Source: Candidatus Krumholzibacteriia bacterium (lineage in GTDB: Bacteria; Krumholzibacteriota; Krumholzibacteriia; Krumholzibacteriales; Krumholzibacteriaceae). From it: a stretch of 64,000 nucleotides of DNA. Shown here one piece after another: positions 32,727-43,997 of the stretch. The stretch spans positions 1,049,424 through 1,113,423 of the forward strand of contig CAWIIQ010000001.1 in NCBI GenBank assembly GCA_963836185.1. The letters run 5' to 3'. A program made the position numbers and the translations under genes. Position 1 is the first letter of the stretch; each line of letters opens with the position of its first letter. The notes under the pieces were generated by a model. The model was not told the origin of the DNA. It searched no databases and saw nothing but the letters and a program-made list of their open reading frames with translations.

Positions 32727-33673
32727 TTGGATCGCAATCTGGCCCTTGAGCTGGTCCGGGCGACCGAGGCGGCGGCGCTGGCTTCCGCCCGTCTGCTCGG
32801 TAAAGGGCGATCCCATAGCCGCCGACAGGGCGGCCGCCGCGGCGATGGCCCTCGCGATCAGGGGAATAAAGATCACCGGACATGTGATCATCGGCGAGAG
32901 GGACGAGATCCCCGACGCCGTTCTGCGCCGTGGAGACGTTGTCGGCTCCGGCGAGGAGCCCGAGGTCGATATAGCGCTCGATCCGCTCGAAGGGATGGGC
33001 TCTCTCGCGGACGGACAGGGAAACGCGATCTCCGCCGATTGCCATCGCCCCGAGGGGATCCTTCAGGCATTTCAACTCGAGATATATGAGAAAGATAGCG
33101 GTAGGCAGAGACGCGGCGGATGCATCGACCTGGGCATCTCCGTCTTCGATCAGCTCGTAAGGATAGCCGAGGCGAAGCGGGTATATGTAGAGGATCTCAC
33201 CGTGGCGATCCTCAAGAGGGAAAGACACGACGATACTTATAGATGAAGTGAGGCGCACCGGCGCCAGGATAGAGCTCGTACGGGACGGGGACCTCGCCGC
33301 GGCCTTCGCCGCAGTGCTGCCCGGCACGGGCATAGATGTAGCGCTCGGGACGGGGGATACCCGCCAGGGTATCATAACCGCGGCGGCGATGGCCTGCCTC
33401 GGAGGAGGCTTCCAGGGTGAGCTGGTCAGGGAGGAAGGCGGGCCGGCAGATGACGACGGCGACTACGAAAGGATCTTCGGGATCGACGACCTCGCCGGCG
33501 GAAGCAATATCATGTTCGCGGTGACCGGCGTTTCGAGATGCCCTTTCCTCGAGGGAGTGAACTTTCGTCCAGGGGGCGCGGTGACCAACAGCCTCGTGCT
33601 GCGAAGCAAGAGCGGCACGCTGAGGTTTCTGCGTACCGAGCATTTCTTCGACAAGGAACCTGACTACACCTGA
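32727..33673 (+). CDS. glpX: fructose-1,6-bisphosphatase class II (GlpX), interrupted by several frameshifts
   Basis: MDRNLALELVRATEAAALASARLLGKG, GEEPEVDIALDPLEGM and C-terminal LVLRSKSGTLRFL all match GlpX. They lie in three frames (table ORFs 32727, 32680, 33248). Confidence 0.7.
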
Positions 33674-33714
33674 TCGAGTGACCGGGCGGACCATGACCGG
33701 CCGCGGACAATCCG

Positions 33715-35038
33715 ATGGACGATCTTTTTTCAGCGGAAACCCCTTCTCCGCTCGCCGAGCGCATGAGGCCGAGGACCCTCGACGAGTTCTTCGGACAGAG
33801 CGATGTCGTAGGCGAGGGCAAGATCCTCAGGCGGATGCTCGAGCAGGGCTCTCTCGAATCTTCGCTGATATTCTGGGGGCCTCCGGGATGCGGCAAGACG
33901 ACTCTCGCGCATATCATCGCCGAAAAGGTCGACGCGAATTTCGTCTTCTTCTCGGCCGTCACCTCCGGGATAGCCGACGTCCGCAGGATAATGGGAGAAG
34001 CAGGGCAGAGGCTCTCCTATAACGGTCGACGCACGATCCTCTTCGTCGACGAGATCCACAGGTTCAACAAGGCTCAGCAGGACGCTTTTCTTCCCCATAT
34101 AGAGAGCGGGACGATAATCCTGATAGGCGCGACGACGGAGAATCCCAGCTTCGAGGTGATATCGCCCATTGCTGTCACGCTGCAGGGTGTTCGTCCTCAA
34201 GCTGCTCGGCGAGGACGACATCGCGGGGATAGTTCGCGCGGCGCTCGATGATGTCGAGCGAGGATACGGGAAGAGAAAGATCGATGCCGACAGCGAAGTC
34301 CTCGGATACCTCGCACATCTGGCAAACGGCGATGCGAGGACGGCGCTCAACGCGCTCGAGATGTCGATAGCCTCGTTCCCCGGCTCCGGGCCGGTGACGC
34401 TGACGCGCGATTCTGTCGAGGAGGCCGTCCAGAAGAGGAGCATCCTCTACGACAAGAAGGGCGAGGAACATTTCAACATCATATCGGCCCTTCACAAGAG
34501 CCTGCGCGGGGGGGATCCCGACGCGGGACTCTACTGGCTCGCCAGGATGATCGAGGCGGGAGAGGACCCGATGTATGTCGTGCGCCGCCTCGTAAGGTTC
34601 GCGTCGGAGGATGTCGGGAACGCCGATCCACAGGCCCTACAGGTCACGCTCGGCGCGATGGAGGCCGTACGGTTCATCGGCCTGCCCGAGGGGAAGCTCG
34701 CTCTCGCCCAGGCTGTCACATACCTCGCGCTCGCACCGAAGAGCAACGCGCTCGAGAAGGCATACATCGCGGCGGCAAAGGATGTGGAGGAACACGGTCC
34801 CATGCCCGTCCCCCTCTGGATCAGGAACGCGCCGACCAGGCTGATGAAGGACCTCGGGTACGGGGAAGGGTATGACTATCCCCACGAGGATCCCGACGCA
34901 GTCGTCTCCCAGGAATATTTCCCCGAAGGGATGGAGGGAAGGAGATATTACGAGCCTGTCGAGCGTGGATTCGAGAGAGAGATGATAAAAAGGCTCGAGT
35001 ACTGGAGGCGCCTGCGCGATAAGAAGAAAGAGGAGTGA
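33715..35038 (+). CDS. rarA: replication-associated recombination protein A (AAA+ ATPase MgsA/RarA); apparent frameshift near 34190
   Basis: Walker [10 protein letters not shown], Walker [13 protein letters not shown], sensor GATTENPSF. Table ORFs 33715 and 34169 rejoin if one C is removed from ...tcgcccatt.... Confidence 0.8.
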
Positions 35039-35261
35039 AATCGGAAAAATAGTGTAAACACCCTACGTATATAGAAGTTGACACCTGGTCTCAACTATCC
35101 TCACGAGCTGTAAAGAAACCTTACGAACGCAAAACTAATGTCCTTATAAATGTACAATCTTGACTTTTATAGCGATATATGTAATAATTTGACTTGTTAG
35201 AGTGCGTTTCTAAATATCGGTTCGTGAATGGGGCATACTTCTTCGGAGGAGCGACATCGTT

Positions 35262-36253
35262 ATGTTCAGGAAGCCCCTTCTTATCCTGTCTATATTTATA
35301 CTGACGGTTGTAATGATTATTCCTTCCGGGGAGGCGAACGCCCAGTGCTTCGGCTCGCTCATGCTGTCCCCCGGATTCTTCGAGTTCGACTACCTTGTCA
35401 GGCTGGCCGTCCATTTCGGCAGCGCCGAAGATATTCCCACAGACATCATATGCAGCAGGGGCAGGATACCCGGCGAAGATATAATCGAGGTCCCGATCTG
35501 GTTCTATAATGTCCACGAGGGAGTGACCTATCTCGAGTTCGCGGTGGAGTCGAACGACAGCATCGTCGGATTCACTCCTGAAAGCTGCATTTCGATCGTT
35601 CACGAGACGATCGTGAAGCTCAAGGGCGGCATATTCAATCACAGTATCAAGCTGGATGCCTGCATGCCGCTGTGCGGCCCCGGGCTTGCGGGGTACGCGC
35701 TTATCAAGCCGGCCGAGGGATTCGGAGCTTACCTGGATAAATCTCGTAGAGAACAGGCATTCGGACAGGATGTACGCCAGTGACAGGCTGTATAACAGGC
35801 ATGACATGTTTTCGCCTCACCACGGCGGGTATGTCGGTACGAGTTTTCTCTATACCTGCCAGAGGCCGATATGCGAAGAGCCGAACCTGCCCGTCGTCGA
35901 TCTCGACGCGACAGCGGGATACGGACATTGCAGTCAAGCTCACCTGGATCGCAGGCGAAGGTAATACGACCGTGATCAGGGCGGGGGAAGACGGGTTCCC
36001 GACCGGTTATGGCGATGGACGCCTCGTAGTCGAGATGCCGAGCACGTACGGCCAGCGGCTGTACTATTACGACACCGCCGCTCCGCAGGGCGCGATCCTT
36101 TATTACAAGGCATTCTCACTTACAATGGATACTTCCGGCGAGGTGCTCGATGATTCGTTCGTCGAGTGCGCCGCGACGGATACGACATTCACGCACGGAT
36201 TCATCGCGACGGAAGAATCGAGCTGGGGCGCGATCAAGAAGATCAAGAAGTAG
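35262..36253 (+). CDS. hypothetical secreted protein in an AT-rich islet; reading frame changes twice (35262, 35656, 35780 ORFs)
   Basis: Signal peptide MFRKPLLILSIFILTVVMIIPSGEANA. Flanked by AT-rich non-coding DNA (35040-35260), atypical for this genome. C-terminus ...ATEESSWGAIKKIKK shares a motif with ORF 60439..61053. Confidence 0.4.
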
Positions 36254-36293
36254 ATGACAGGCTGCTGACGGGAATCCGCACTCCACATATGAG

Positions 36294-36327
36294 AAAAACG
36301 GCCGAAGCCCTCCGAGGCCGTTTTTTT
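36294..36327. terminator. bidirectional rho-independent terminator (cggccgaagccctccgaggccg + T7)
   Basis: Hairpin flanked by an A-run upstream and a T-run downstream, between convergent genes. Confidence 0.55.
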
Positions 36328-36340
36328 ATGTCCTCGCCGT

Positions 36341-37033
36341 TCAGCTCATACCCGACTCGATCATCACCTCGAGAAGGGTGCCCAGCCCAGGCAGGTGCAG
36401 GTCGGCCCCGGCGATCGGGACGCCGGCGGTGACCGCCGTCTCGACTACGATGACCTTCATCTCAGCGGCGTGAGCGCTGATGACGCCCTTCTCGGCATCC
36501 TCGATGGCAAAGCATCTGGCCGGCTCGAGGCCGAGTCTCCCGGCGGCAAGAAGGTAAGGTTCGGGGAAAGGCTTTATCTTCCCGGAGTCATCTTTTCCCA
36601 CGACTGTCTCGAAGAGATGACCGATCTTGTGAGCATCGAGCAGAGCATTTACATCATGGCTGTACGATCCTGACGCGATGGCGGTCCTGAGGCCCGAACT
36701 TCCGAACAGCTCGACGATCCGTACCGCCTCGGGGAAGAGAGGTATCTCGCCTCTCCTGCAATAGGAGGAATAGACGGGGTCCTTCTCCGCCCGTATATCG
36801 GCGGGATCGAGGTCGAGCCCGTATCTGCGTATCTCACCCTCCGCGCCTCCGCCCTTCGAGGTCCATTCCACCCAGTACTCCTCGCGGTCTATCGTATGGC
36901 CCTTTCCCGAGAAGACCTCAGAATATGCCCTGTAGTGAAAAGGCTCGGAGTCGACGATCACGTTGTCGAAATCAAAGATGACCGCATCGGCGCCGTCGAC
37001 TATCTGTCGGAAGACCTCAATATTGCCGCTCAA
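36341..37033 (-). CDS. HAD-superfamily hydrolase (beta-phosphoglucomutase-like subfamily IA)
   Basis: Motif I DFDNVIVDSE, motif III K...G, motif IV ED at expected spacing. Confidence 0.75.
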   Translation of the reverse strand: MSGNIEVFRQIVDGADAVIFDFDNVIVDSEPFHYRAYSEVFSGKGHTIDREEYWVEWTSKGGGAEGEIRRYGLDLDPADIRAEKDPVYSSYCRRGEIPLFPEAVRIVELFGSSGLRTAIASGSYSHDVNALLDAHKIGHLFETVVGKDDSGKIKPFPEPYLLAAGRLGLEPARCFAIEDAEKGVISAHAAEMKVIVVETAVTAGVPIAGADLHLPGLGTLLEVMIESGMS

Positions 37034-37182
37034 ATCGCTCTCCTTCCGGCGCCCCGATATCAGGGCTTGACCTTGATATCATCAGATATTAATCTCTCGC
37101 GGTAATGTAGCATCAGGCGGCCACCGATACAAGCGACCACTGCGGTGGCCATGCCTTCGCACAATGGAATCCTCGGGAGAAG

Positions 37183-37644
37183 ATGAGCGGTCAGGTCTTC
37201 AGGATAACAGAGTTGAATCCGACACTCGAGATGGAGATAGCCGGACTGCTCGAATCGGAACGCCTGGAAAACAGGTACGCCCCGGGATGCGACCTGTTCG
37301 GAATATTTGACTCCGACGGGTCACTGGCCGGCATCACGGGTTCAAGAGAGTTCAAAACGGAATGCCTCTTGCAGTTTGTGGCGGTGAATGAAGATGAGAG
37401 GGGAGAGGGCAAAGGGACCGGGCTGGTAAGCAGGGTCCTCGCATACGCTTCGGGAAGGTGCAGCAGGGTATGGTTGCTCGCGCTGCCGGGATCAGAGGGG
37501 TATTTTGAGAGGTTCGGGTTCGAACCCGCCACGACAGACAGGCTGCCTGAGCGGATAAGGGACTCGAAGGAAGTAGCCGGGATCGAGATCGCCTCGACAA
37601 AGGTGATGACACTGAGGCTGCCGGACAGCTGGCAGGCTATCTGA
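37183..37644 (+). CDS. GNAT-family N-acetyltransferase
   Basis: Acetyl-CoA-binding core QFVAVNEDERGEGKGTGLV. Confidence 0.7.
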   Translation: MSGQVFRITELNPTLEMEIAGLLESERLENRYAPGCDLFGIFDSDGSLAGITGSREFKTECLLQFVAVNEDERGEGKGTGLVSRVLAYASGRCSRVWLLALPGSEGYFERFGFEPATTDRLPERIRDSKEVAGIEIASTKVMTLRLPDSWQAI

Positions 37645-37650
37645 TATACG

Positions 37651-38433
37651 ATGGGAAAACCGATGATAGACGAATACAGCGGCTGGCCATTCACGATCTC
37701 CGCGGCGAGCGACCGCGGCTCGGTGAGGGAGAGGAACGAGGATTACTACGGCATCTTCGATCCCGAGACCGAGAAGGTGCGCGAGTCGAGAGGGGTCCTT
37801 GTCGTGGTAACGGACGGGATGGGCGGACATTTCTCCGGTGAGGAAGCGAGCAGGATGGTCGTCGAGGTGATGGGCGACATCTATTACGCTGATTCTGAAA
37901 AGAAAAAGGACGCGGTCGAGACACTGGACCTCGCGTTCAGGGAGGCGAACAGGCGAGTCTTCAATCATGTGGGCAACGGCAGGAATGGGACTGCCGGAAC
38001 GACATGTACCGCGGTCGCGCTTTTCCCCGACAGCTACAATATTGCCCATGCCGGTGACTCGCGGGCCTACCTGGTCCGTGATGGAAAGATCGAGCAGCTC
38101 ACCAGGGACCACAGCCTCGTAGGGGAGATGGTCGAGAAGGGGCTGATCGACAGGGAAGAAGCGGTCAAGCACCCTCGCCGCAACGTGCTCACCCGGGCAG
38201 TCGGGCTGAGGCACGAAGTGGCCCCGGATATCGAAAAGGGGATCTCGTTCAGGGAGGGCGACAAGATACTGCTCTGCTCCGACGGATTGTTCTCGATGGT
38301 CCCGGAAGATGAGATCGGATCGATAGTCGAGCGGAACGCCCCGAAGGAAGCATGCGGAAAACTCGTTGAAGCCGCCATCTCATACGGCGGTGATGACAAC
38401 ATCACTGTCGTTGTCATCCACAAGGGCAAGTGA
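37651..38433 (+). CDS. PP2C-family Ser/Thr protein phosphatase
   Basis: DGMGGH, metal-binding Asp pattern. GDDNITVVV at the C-terminus. Confidence 0.8.
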   Translation: MGKPMIDEYSGWPFTISAASDRGSVRERNEDYYGIFDPETEKVRESRGVLVVVTDGMGGHFSGEEASRMVVEVMGDIYYADSEKKKDAVETLDLAFREANRRVFNHVGNGRNGTAGTTCTAVALFPDSYNIAHAGDSRAYLVRDGKIEQLTRDHSLVGEMVEKGLIDREEAVKHPRRNVLTRAVGLRHEVAPDIEKGISFREGDKILLCSDGLFSMVPEDEIGSIVERNAPKEACGKLVEAAISYGGDDNITVVVIHKGK

Positions 38434-38443
38434 CTCCCGAAAA

Positions 38444-39146
38444 TCAGAAGACAACGTTAAAGGCAGCGCCGAGCGCCGCCTGGCCATCGTAATCGAGCTC
38501 GACGAAGATATGGTAGTCGTCGGTCAGCCAGATCTTCGTCCCGCCCCGCAGCAGCAGATTCATATCGGCCGAATCGCCCTCATCTCCGCACGGCCAGGAG
38601 TCCGGTCTGATTTCATCGCAGCTTCCCTTCGCGAAAAAATACTGGCCGATGAATCCGACCGATCCGTAAGGCTCGAACCTGACCTTCATCCCGGGATCTA
38701 TCATGCCGCTGACCATGAAAGCAGCAGTGACGATCCCCCTGCTGTACCCGGAGCCGCCGAGCCACCCCAGAGAAATGTCGGCTGAGAGGTCGAGCATGTT
38801 GGAGGGGGAGTCGCTGATTATGTAGAACTTGTAGTCCGCGCCCAGCCCGTAGTTGTCGATCTCCTCTGCGCGGGCGTACCCGAACTGCAGTCCGAGATCG
38901 CTTCCTCCCGTGATGAGAAAACGCGTCGCGATACCGGTGCTGAACCTCCAGCCCCCGCCCGAGACGAAGACGGCTCCCTCGCCGAGAGGGGAGATTGCCG
39001 CTGTAGTGTACTGTCCGAATACCTGTGCAATGAGCAGGGGAAGGGATAAGCGCCGCCGCGATCAGAACGGCAATCACTACGCAGGCTGCCGTATGTACAG
39101 CTGCCCCGGATCCGCTCCTGCTGACCTGTCCCGACCTATCGTTCAT
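38444..39146 (-). CDS. outer-membrane beta-barrel protein (frameshifted)
   Basis: C-terminal ...AFNVVF (terminal Phe) and alternating beta-strand pattern in ORF 38444..38797. Signal-peptide-like MNDRSGQ...AVLIAAALIPSPAHC upstream in another frame. Confidence 0.4.
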
Positions 39147-39465
39147 CAAATCAATCTTTCCAGGAAACATCTCTCCCACCTCGTCTCTGTGCTTCAGCCC
39201 GGGGCATAGTACCATATATTTCGCCTGCCCGCGACCGCTTTTATGCATCAACTACATTTTTAAATACTGCGTAAGCACCTGTATAATATTGTTTTAACGA
39301 CTGTTATCCACAAAAGGAACATAATCAGCGTGACGGGTAAAAAGCAGTTGACGCCCAAAATGTAGTATGCGATATTTGCACTTGCCCCAAGATATGGCGT
39401 CAGGGGGGCAAACAGGGTGAAGATGCTTCGACATAGGTAAATTATTACATATACAGGGGGTTAAC

Positions 39466-41734
39466 ATGTCTTCGGCTCGTCTCGAACCACGGATTTCCAA
39501 CAACGCTCTCAGAGTGCTCGAGAGAAGGTATCTGCGCAAGGACGTTAACGGAAATCTGACAGAGACGCCGGAAGAACTCTTCCAGCGGGTCGCGGCGAAT
39601 ATCGCCTCGGCCGAGAGGCGTTACGGTGACAACAAGAACCGCCTGGGCTGGGAAGATACGTTCTATAACATGATGGCCACCCTCGATTTTCTGCCCAATT
39701 CGCCGACCCTGATGAACGCCGGCGCCGAGCTCCAGCAGCTCTCCGCCTGCTTCGTCCTTCCGATCGAGGACTCGATGGAGAGCATCTTCGAGACGATCAA
39801 GAACACGGCGCTGATCCACAAGAGCGGAGGAGGCACGGGATTCTCCTTCTCGCGCATCCGCCCGAGGAACGACCGGGTCAAGACGACCAAGGGCATCTCG
39901 AGCGGGCCGATCTCGTTCATGACGGTCTTCGACGCCGCCACCGAAACGGTAAAGCAGGGCGGCACGCGCAGGGGCGCCAACATGGCGATCCTTCGCGTCG
40001 ACCATCCCGACATCCTCGATTTCATCACGGCGAAGAAGGACAACAGAAAACTCAACAACTTCAACATCTCGGTCGCCATCACCGAGGAATTCATGGAGGC
40101 GGTCAAGGCTGACCGCGACTATGAGCTGATCAATCCGCACGGCGGCGATGTCGTCGACAAGATATCAGCGAAGAAGGTCTACCAGATGATCGTCGAGCTC
40201 GCGTGGAAGAACGGCGAGCCGGGGATCGTTTTCATAGACAGGCTCAACGAGGATAATCCGACGCCCAACGCGGGGATGATAGAGAGCACGAATCCCTGCG
40301 GGGAGCAGCCGCTTCTTCCATACGAGTCGTGCAATCTCGGTTCGATAAACCTGTCGCACATGGTCACGGAAGACGGGCGACAAGTCGAAGATCGATTTCA
40401 ACAAGCTCGGCGAGACGGTGCGCAGGGCGACGCGGTTTCTCGACAACGTGATCGACGTGAACCGCTACCCGCTCAGCCAGATCAAGGATCAGACACTTGC
40501 CAACCGCAAGATCGGCCTCGGCGTCATGGGATTCGCCGACGCTCTCGTCAGGATGGAGATCCCCTACGACTCGGAGGAGGCCCTCGAGGTCGCCGAAGAG
40601 ATCATGGGATTCATCCAGCGCGAGTCGACCGCGACGAGCCTGGAGCTGGCCGAAGAAAGGGGAGCCTTCCCCAACTTCAAGGGCAGCAGGTTCGATACTG
40701 AGGATGCGCCGAAGCGCCGCAACGCGACGACGACGACGATCGCTCCGACCGGCACGCTGAGCATCATCGCCGGGTGCTCGAGCGGTGTCGAGCCTCTCTT
40801 CGCTGTAGCCTTCATCAGGCATGTCATGGACAACGATGAGCTCGTCGAGGTAAACCCGGTCTTCGAGGAGATCGCCCGCCGCGAGGGATTCTTCAGCGAA
40901 GAGCTGATGAAGAAGATCGCCGAGGAGGGGACCGTTCAGGGGATAGAGGAGATACCCGAGCATTGGCGGCGTATCTTCGTTACCGCGCATGATATCACGC
41001 CCGAGTGGCACATCCGGATCCAGGCAGCCTTCCAGAAATACACCGATAATGCCGTATCCAAGACGGTGAACTTTCCGAAGTCCGCCACTAAGGAAGACGT
41101 CGAATCAGTGTACATCAAGGCGTACGAGATGGGCTGCAAGGGCGTGACAATATACCGTGACGGAAGCCGTCAGGAGCAGGTCCTCAACATAGGCTCTGTC
41201 AACCGCGAGACCGAAGACGGCGAACTCGAGCTGGGCGATGATCTGGGCGGACTGCTCAAGCCGAGGCCGCGTCCCGAGGTGACGACCGGCAAGACCCACA
41301 AGATGACGACGGGCTGCGGAAACCTCTACGTGACGATCAACGAGGACGAGCACGGCCCGTTCGAGGTCTTCACGCAGATGGGCAAGGCGGGCGGATGCTC
41401 CGCCTCGCAGTCGGAGGCGATCAGCCGGCTGATATCTCTTTCGCTGCGCGCCGGAATCGATCCGAAGCAGATCGTCAAGCAGCTCCGCGGGATCAGGTGC
41501 CCCAACCCGGGATGGGAGAAGGGCGGCATGATCCTCTCGTGCAGCGACGCGATCGCCAGGGCGATCGAGCGGTACTTCCTCGAGGAGAAGACCCCGGTCG
41601 GCCACAAGGTCACCAAGATGTCGGCGGGATACCTCGACAAGGTCGCCGGCTTCTGCCCCGACTGCGGCGGCGTGATGGAGCACGAGGGAGGCTGCGCGGT
41701 CTGCCGCGAATGCGGCTTCTCCAAGTGCGGCTAA
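39466..41734 (+). CDS. nrdJ: class II (adenosylcobalamin-dependent) ribonucleoside-diphosphate reductase; apparent single-base frameshift near 40375
   Basis: N-terminal ATP-cone-less RNR core with [10 protein letters not shown] active-site Cys and C-terminal Cys pairs. Table ORFs 39466 and 40418 rejoin if one G is removed from gacgggcgac. Confidence 0.8.
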
Positions 41735-41779
41735 AGGAATTCCATGCATGAAAAACAGGAATTGTAGGGGTCATTCATA

Positions 41780-42317
41780 ATGGCCCCCGTCCCCGTCGTC
41801 CTTGTCGCCTGCGCTCACGAGGAGCTCGGCCGAAACCTCCTGACGATAGCATGGACGCGGAATCGACTGCTCCGATCCCGCGACCGTCCATGTCTCGATA
41901 AGGCCCGAAAGACACTCCTACAGGATGATCTCCGAATCAGGATGTTTCACCGTGAACATTCCGACACTCGATATGACTGAGACAGTCGACCTGTGCGGAG
42001 TGATATCGGGCAGGGATGTCGCTGATACTGAGGGAGACAAATTCGACAGGGCAGGCCTGACAGCCCTTCCCGCAAAGATCATAAAGGCCCCCCTCGTCGC
42101 CGAGTGCCCGGTAAACCTCGAGTGCGAGGTAAAGAATGTAATCCCCGTCGGCGTCCACCACATGTTCATAGGCGAGGTAGTCGCAAAGCACGCCGACAGC
42201 GAGGTCCTCACCGACGGCAAACTCGATTTCTCGAAGATCCCCCTTGTAACGTACGTTAACGGCGAGTACTGGTCCCTCGGAAAGCCAGTCGGAACTTACG
42301 GTTTCTCGAAAAAGTAA
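41780..42317 (+). CDS. flavin reductase-like FMN-binding split-barrel protein; apparent frameshift near 41930
   Basis: N-terminal VVLVACAHEE...TIAWT (ORF 41780) and C-terminal GCFTVNIPT...HMFIGEVV (ORF 41925) together make a typical flavin reductase domain. Confidence 0.55.
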
Positions 42318-42355
42318 TGACAGGAGGAAGGACAGGCGATAAAATATAGAAAATA

Positions 42356-43366
42356 ATGCTCCGGTTGCCATGGGTGGGGAAAGGAAGTGACGACGTGGGC
42401 AATCTAAGGGAAGCTATGCGCCGGGAGCTGCGGCTCCGCAACTACAGTCCGGGCACGATCAGGACATATCTTCAGCACATGACAGAATTCACCAGGCACT
42501 TCGGCCGAAGTCCGTCCGAACTCGGCAGGGAAGAGATAAACTCCTACCTGCTCCACATGACGGAAGTAAGAAAGGTCTCCGCCACATACAGGGACCAGGC
42601 CATAAGCGCGCTGAAATTCTTCTACGGAAGGGTGCTGAAGAAACAGCTCATCATCGAAGAACTCCCACGTCCGAAGAAAGAATTCAAACTGCCGTCAGTG
42701 CTGAGCACAAAAGAAGTAGCTCGGCTCTTCCAGGCAGTCAGAAACCGGAAGCATCTCACCATCCTGATGCTCCTCTATTCCGGTGGTATGAGAGTAAGCG
42801 AAGTAGTCAGGCTCAAACCTGAGGACATCGATCCAGAAAGACACCTTATCAGGGTGCGAGGGGGAAAGGGACGGAAGGACAGGTACACAGTCCTCTCGGA
42901 TACGGCTCTCGATGTCCTCCGTGATTATTACCTGTCATGGAAGCCGGAATATTTTCTTTTTGAGGGAAACAGGAAAGGTTCTCATCTGTCGACAAGATCG
43001 GTCCAGAACGTCGTTTCAGCGGCCAGAAAGCGTGCCGGGCTGAAGAAGAAGTTCAGCACCCATGTTCTCAGGCACAGCTTCGCGACGCACCTCCTTGAAA
43101 GCGGCACCGATTTAAGGTATATTCAAGAACTACTGGGGCACAAAAGTGCCAGGACGACACAGATCTACACACATGTAACACGGAGGGATATCGCACGGAT
43201 CGTTAGCCCGCTGGACAGGATGATGGAGGGGGAAGCAGCGGCGACAGGACCGATCGGAACATCCGAACGGAAGAAATCTCCCACCCACCCCACCCATTTT
43301 ACTGAACGTCCTCGTCGCAAACGAACCAAAAACCGTCAAAACAACGAACCGGACACACACAAATAA
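42356..43366 (+). CDS. integron-type (IntI-related) tyrosine recombinase, co-oriented with the cassette array
   Basis: N-terminal SAM-like domain very similar in pattern to IntI (YSPGTIRTY..., ALKFFYG). Catalytic R...HxxR...Y present (VLRHSFATHLL, IYTHV). C-terminal SPLD. The IntI-specific insertion appears absent by eye. Identification rests mainly on the attC array starting about 460 bp downstream. Confidence 0.7.
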   Translation: MLRLPWVGKGSDDVGNLREAMRRELRLRNYSPGTIRTYLQHMTEFTRHFGRSPSELGREEINSYLLHMTEVRKVSATYRDQAISALKFFYGRVLKKQLIIEELPRPKKEFKLPSVLSTKEVARLFQAVRNRKHLTILMLLYSGGMRVSEVVRLKPEDIDPERHLIRVRGGKGRKDRYTVLSDTALDVLRDYYLSWKPEYFLFEGNRKGSHLSTRSVQNVVSAARKRAGLKKKFSTHVLRHSFATHLLESGTDLRYIQELLGHKSARTTQIYTHVTRRDIARIVSPLDRMMEGEAAATGPIGTSERKKSPTHPTHFTERPRRKRTKNRQNNEPDTHK

Positions 43367-43393
43367 ACTGTTATATGATAGCCGAGAGAGGCT

Positions 43394-43807
43394 ATGAGAA
43401 AGAAATACCGTAAACTTTTCACGATACTATTAGTATCAGCGTTATTGGCTTCTTGTGAAGCCAACGATATTGGAAAGTGCACACATATCCCTGTCGAAGG
43501 AGTCGCAACAATTGTCACAGTCTGAAGAGCGTTCTGAATACCAGGATTGTGGTATGGGGGTTTTATTATACATCGACCTGGCTCCCGATTGTCCAATTTA
43601 CGCTGAAAGATTTCAATACAAAATACTCGACTTCTGACTTTGTACCCCAAAAGATGGGTCGAAGCCGTTGGCTTGATAGAAGGATCTCAGCATAGGTGTA
43701 TTTACTTTGCTAAGGGTGGTCCTTGTCCTAACTATATCGTTTGGGAAGATATAGACGTACAAAGCATTGAAGATTCATGTACTGTGTGGGCTGCGGAATC
43801 ACCATGA
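43394..43807 (+). pseudogene. first cassette gene: lipoprotein of the 'DSCxVWE' family, carrying two compensating frameshifts
   Basis: ATG 43394 after gagagagg. MRKKYRKLFTILLVSALLASCEANDIGKCTHIPVEGVATIVTV (frame 2), then ...IDLAPDCPIYAERFQYKIL (frame 0, ORF 43455), then ...YPKRWVEAVGLIEGSQHRC...IEDSCTVWAAESP* (frame 2). This is collinear with the paralogs at 55813..56269 and 59517..59939. Confidence 0.5.
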
Positions 43808-43831
43808 TTGGGTTATGGGAGCTCGGCCATC

Positions 43832-43972
43832 ATATAACAGCAGTGTTCGCGGCTGCAGGCCTTCGGCCTTTCGCTCAGATGGCCTTTGTCACGGCGGCCG
43901 CAGGGCGACTGCCGCGCCAACCGGGCCTGGCGGCCCGGACGGCCACCTCGCGAACACGACCAATGTTATGTG
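43832..43972 (+). repeat. attC site 1 (type A, ~141 bp)
   Basis: catATAACAGcagtgttcgcgg...ctcgcgaacacgaccaatGTTATGt. Inverted cores with extrahelical bases. Confidence 0.8.
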
Positions 43973-43997
43973 ACATGACATTGAGATAGGAGGGGTA

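Noticed and set aside
39252-39465. NrdR box or cobalamin riboswitch upstream of nrdJ
   Set aside because: AT-rich leader with some palindromic fragments (acctgtataatattg, atgtagtatgcgatatttgcac), but no convincing 16-bp NrdR palindrome pair and no B12-box by eye.
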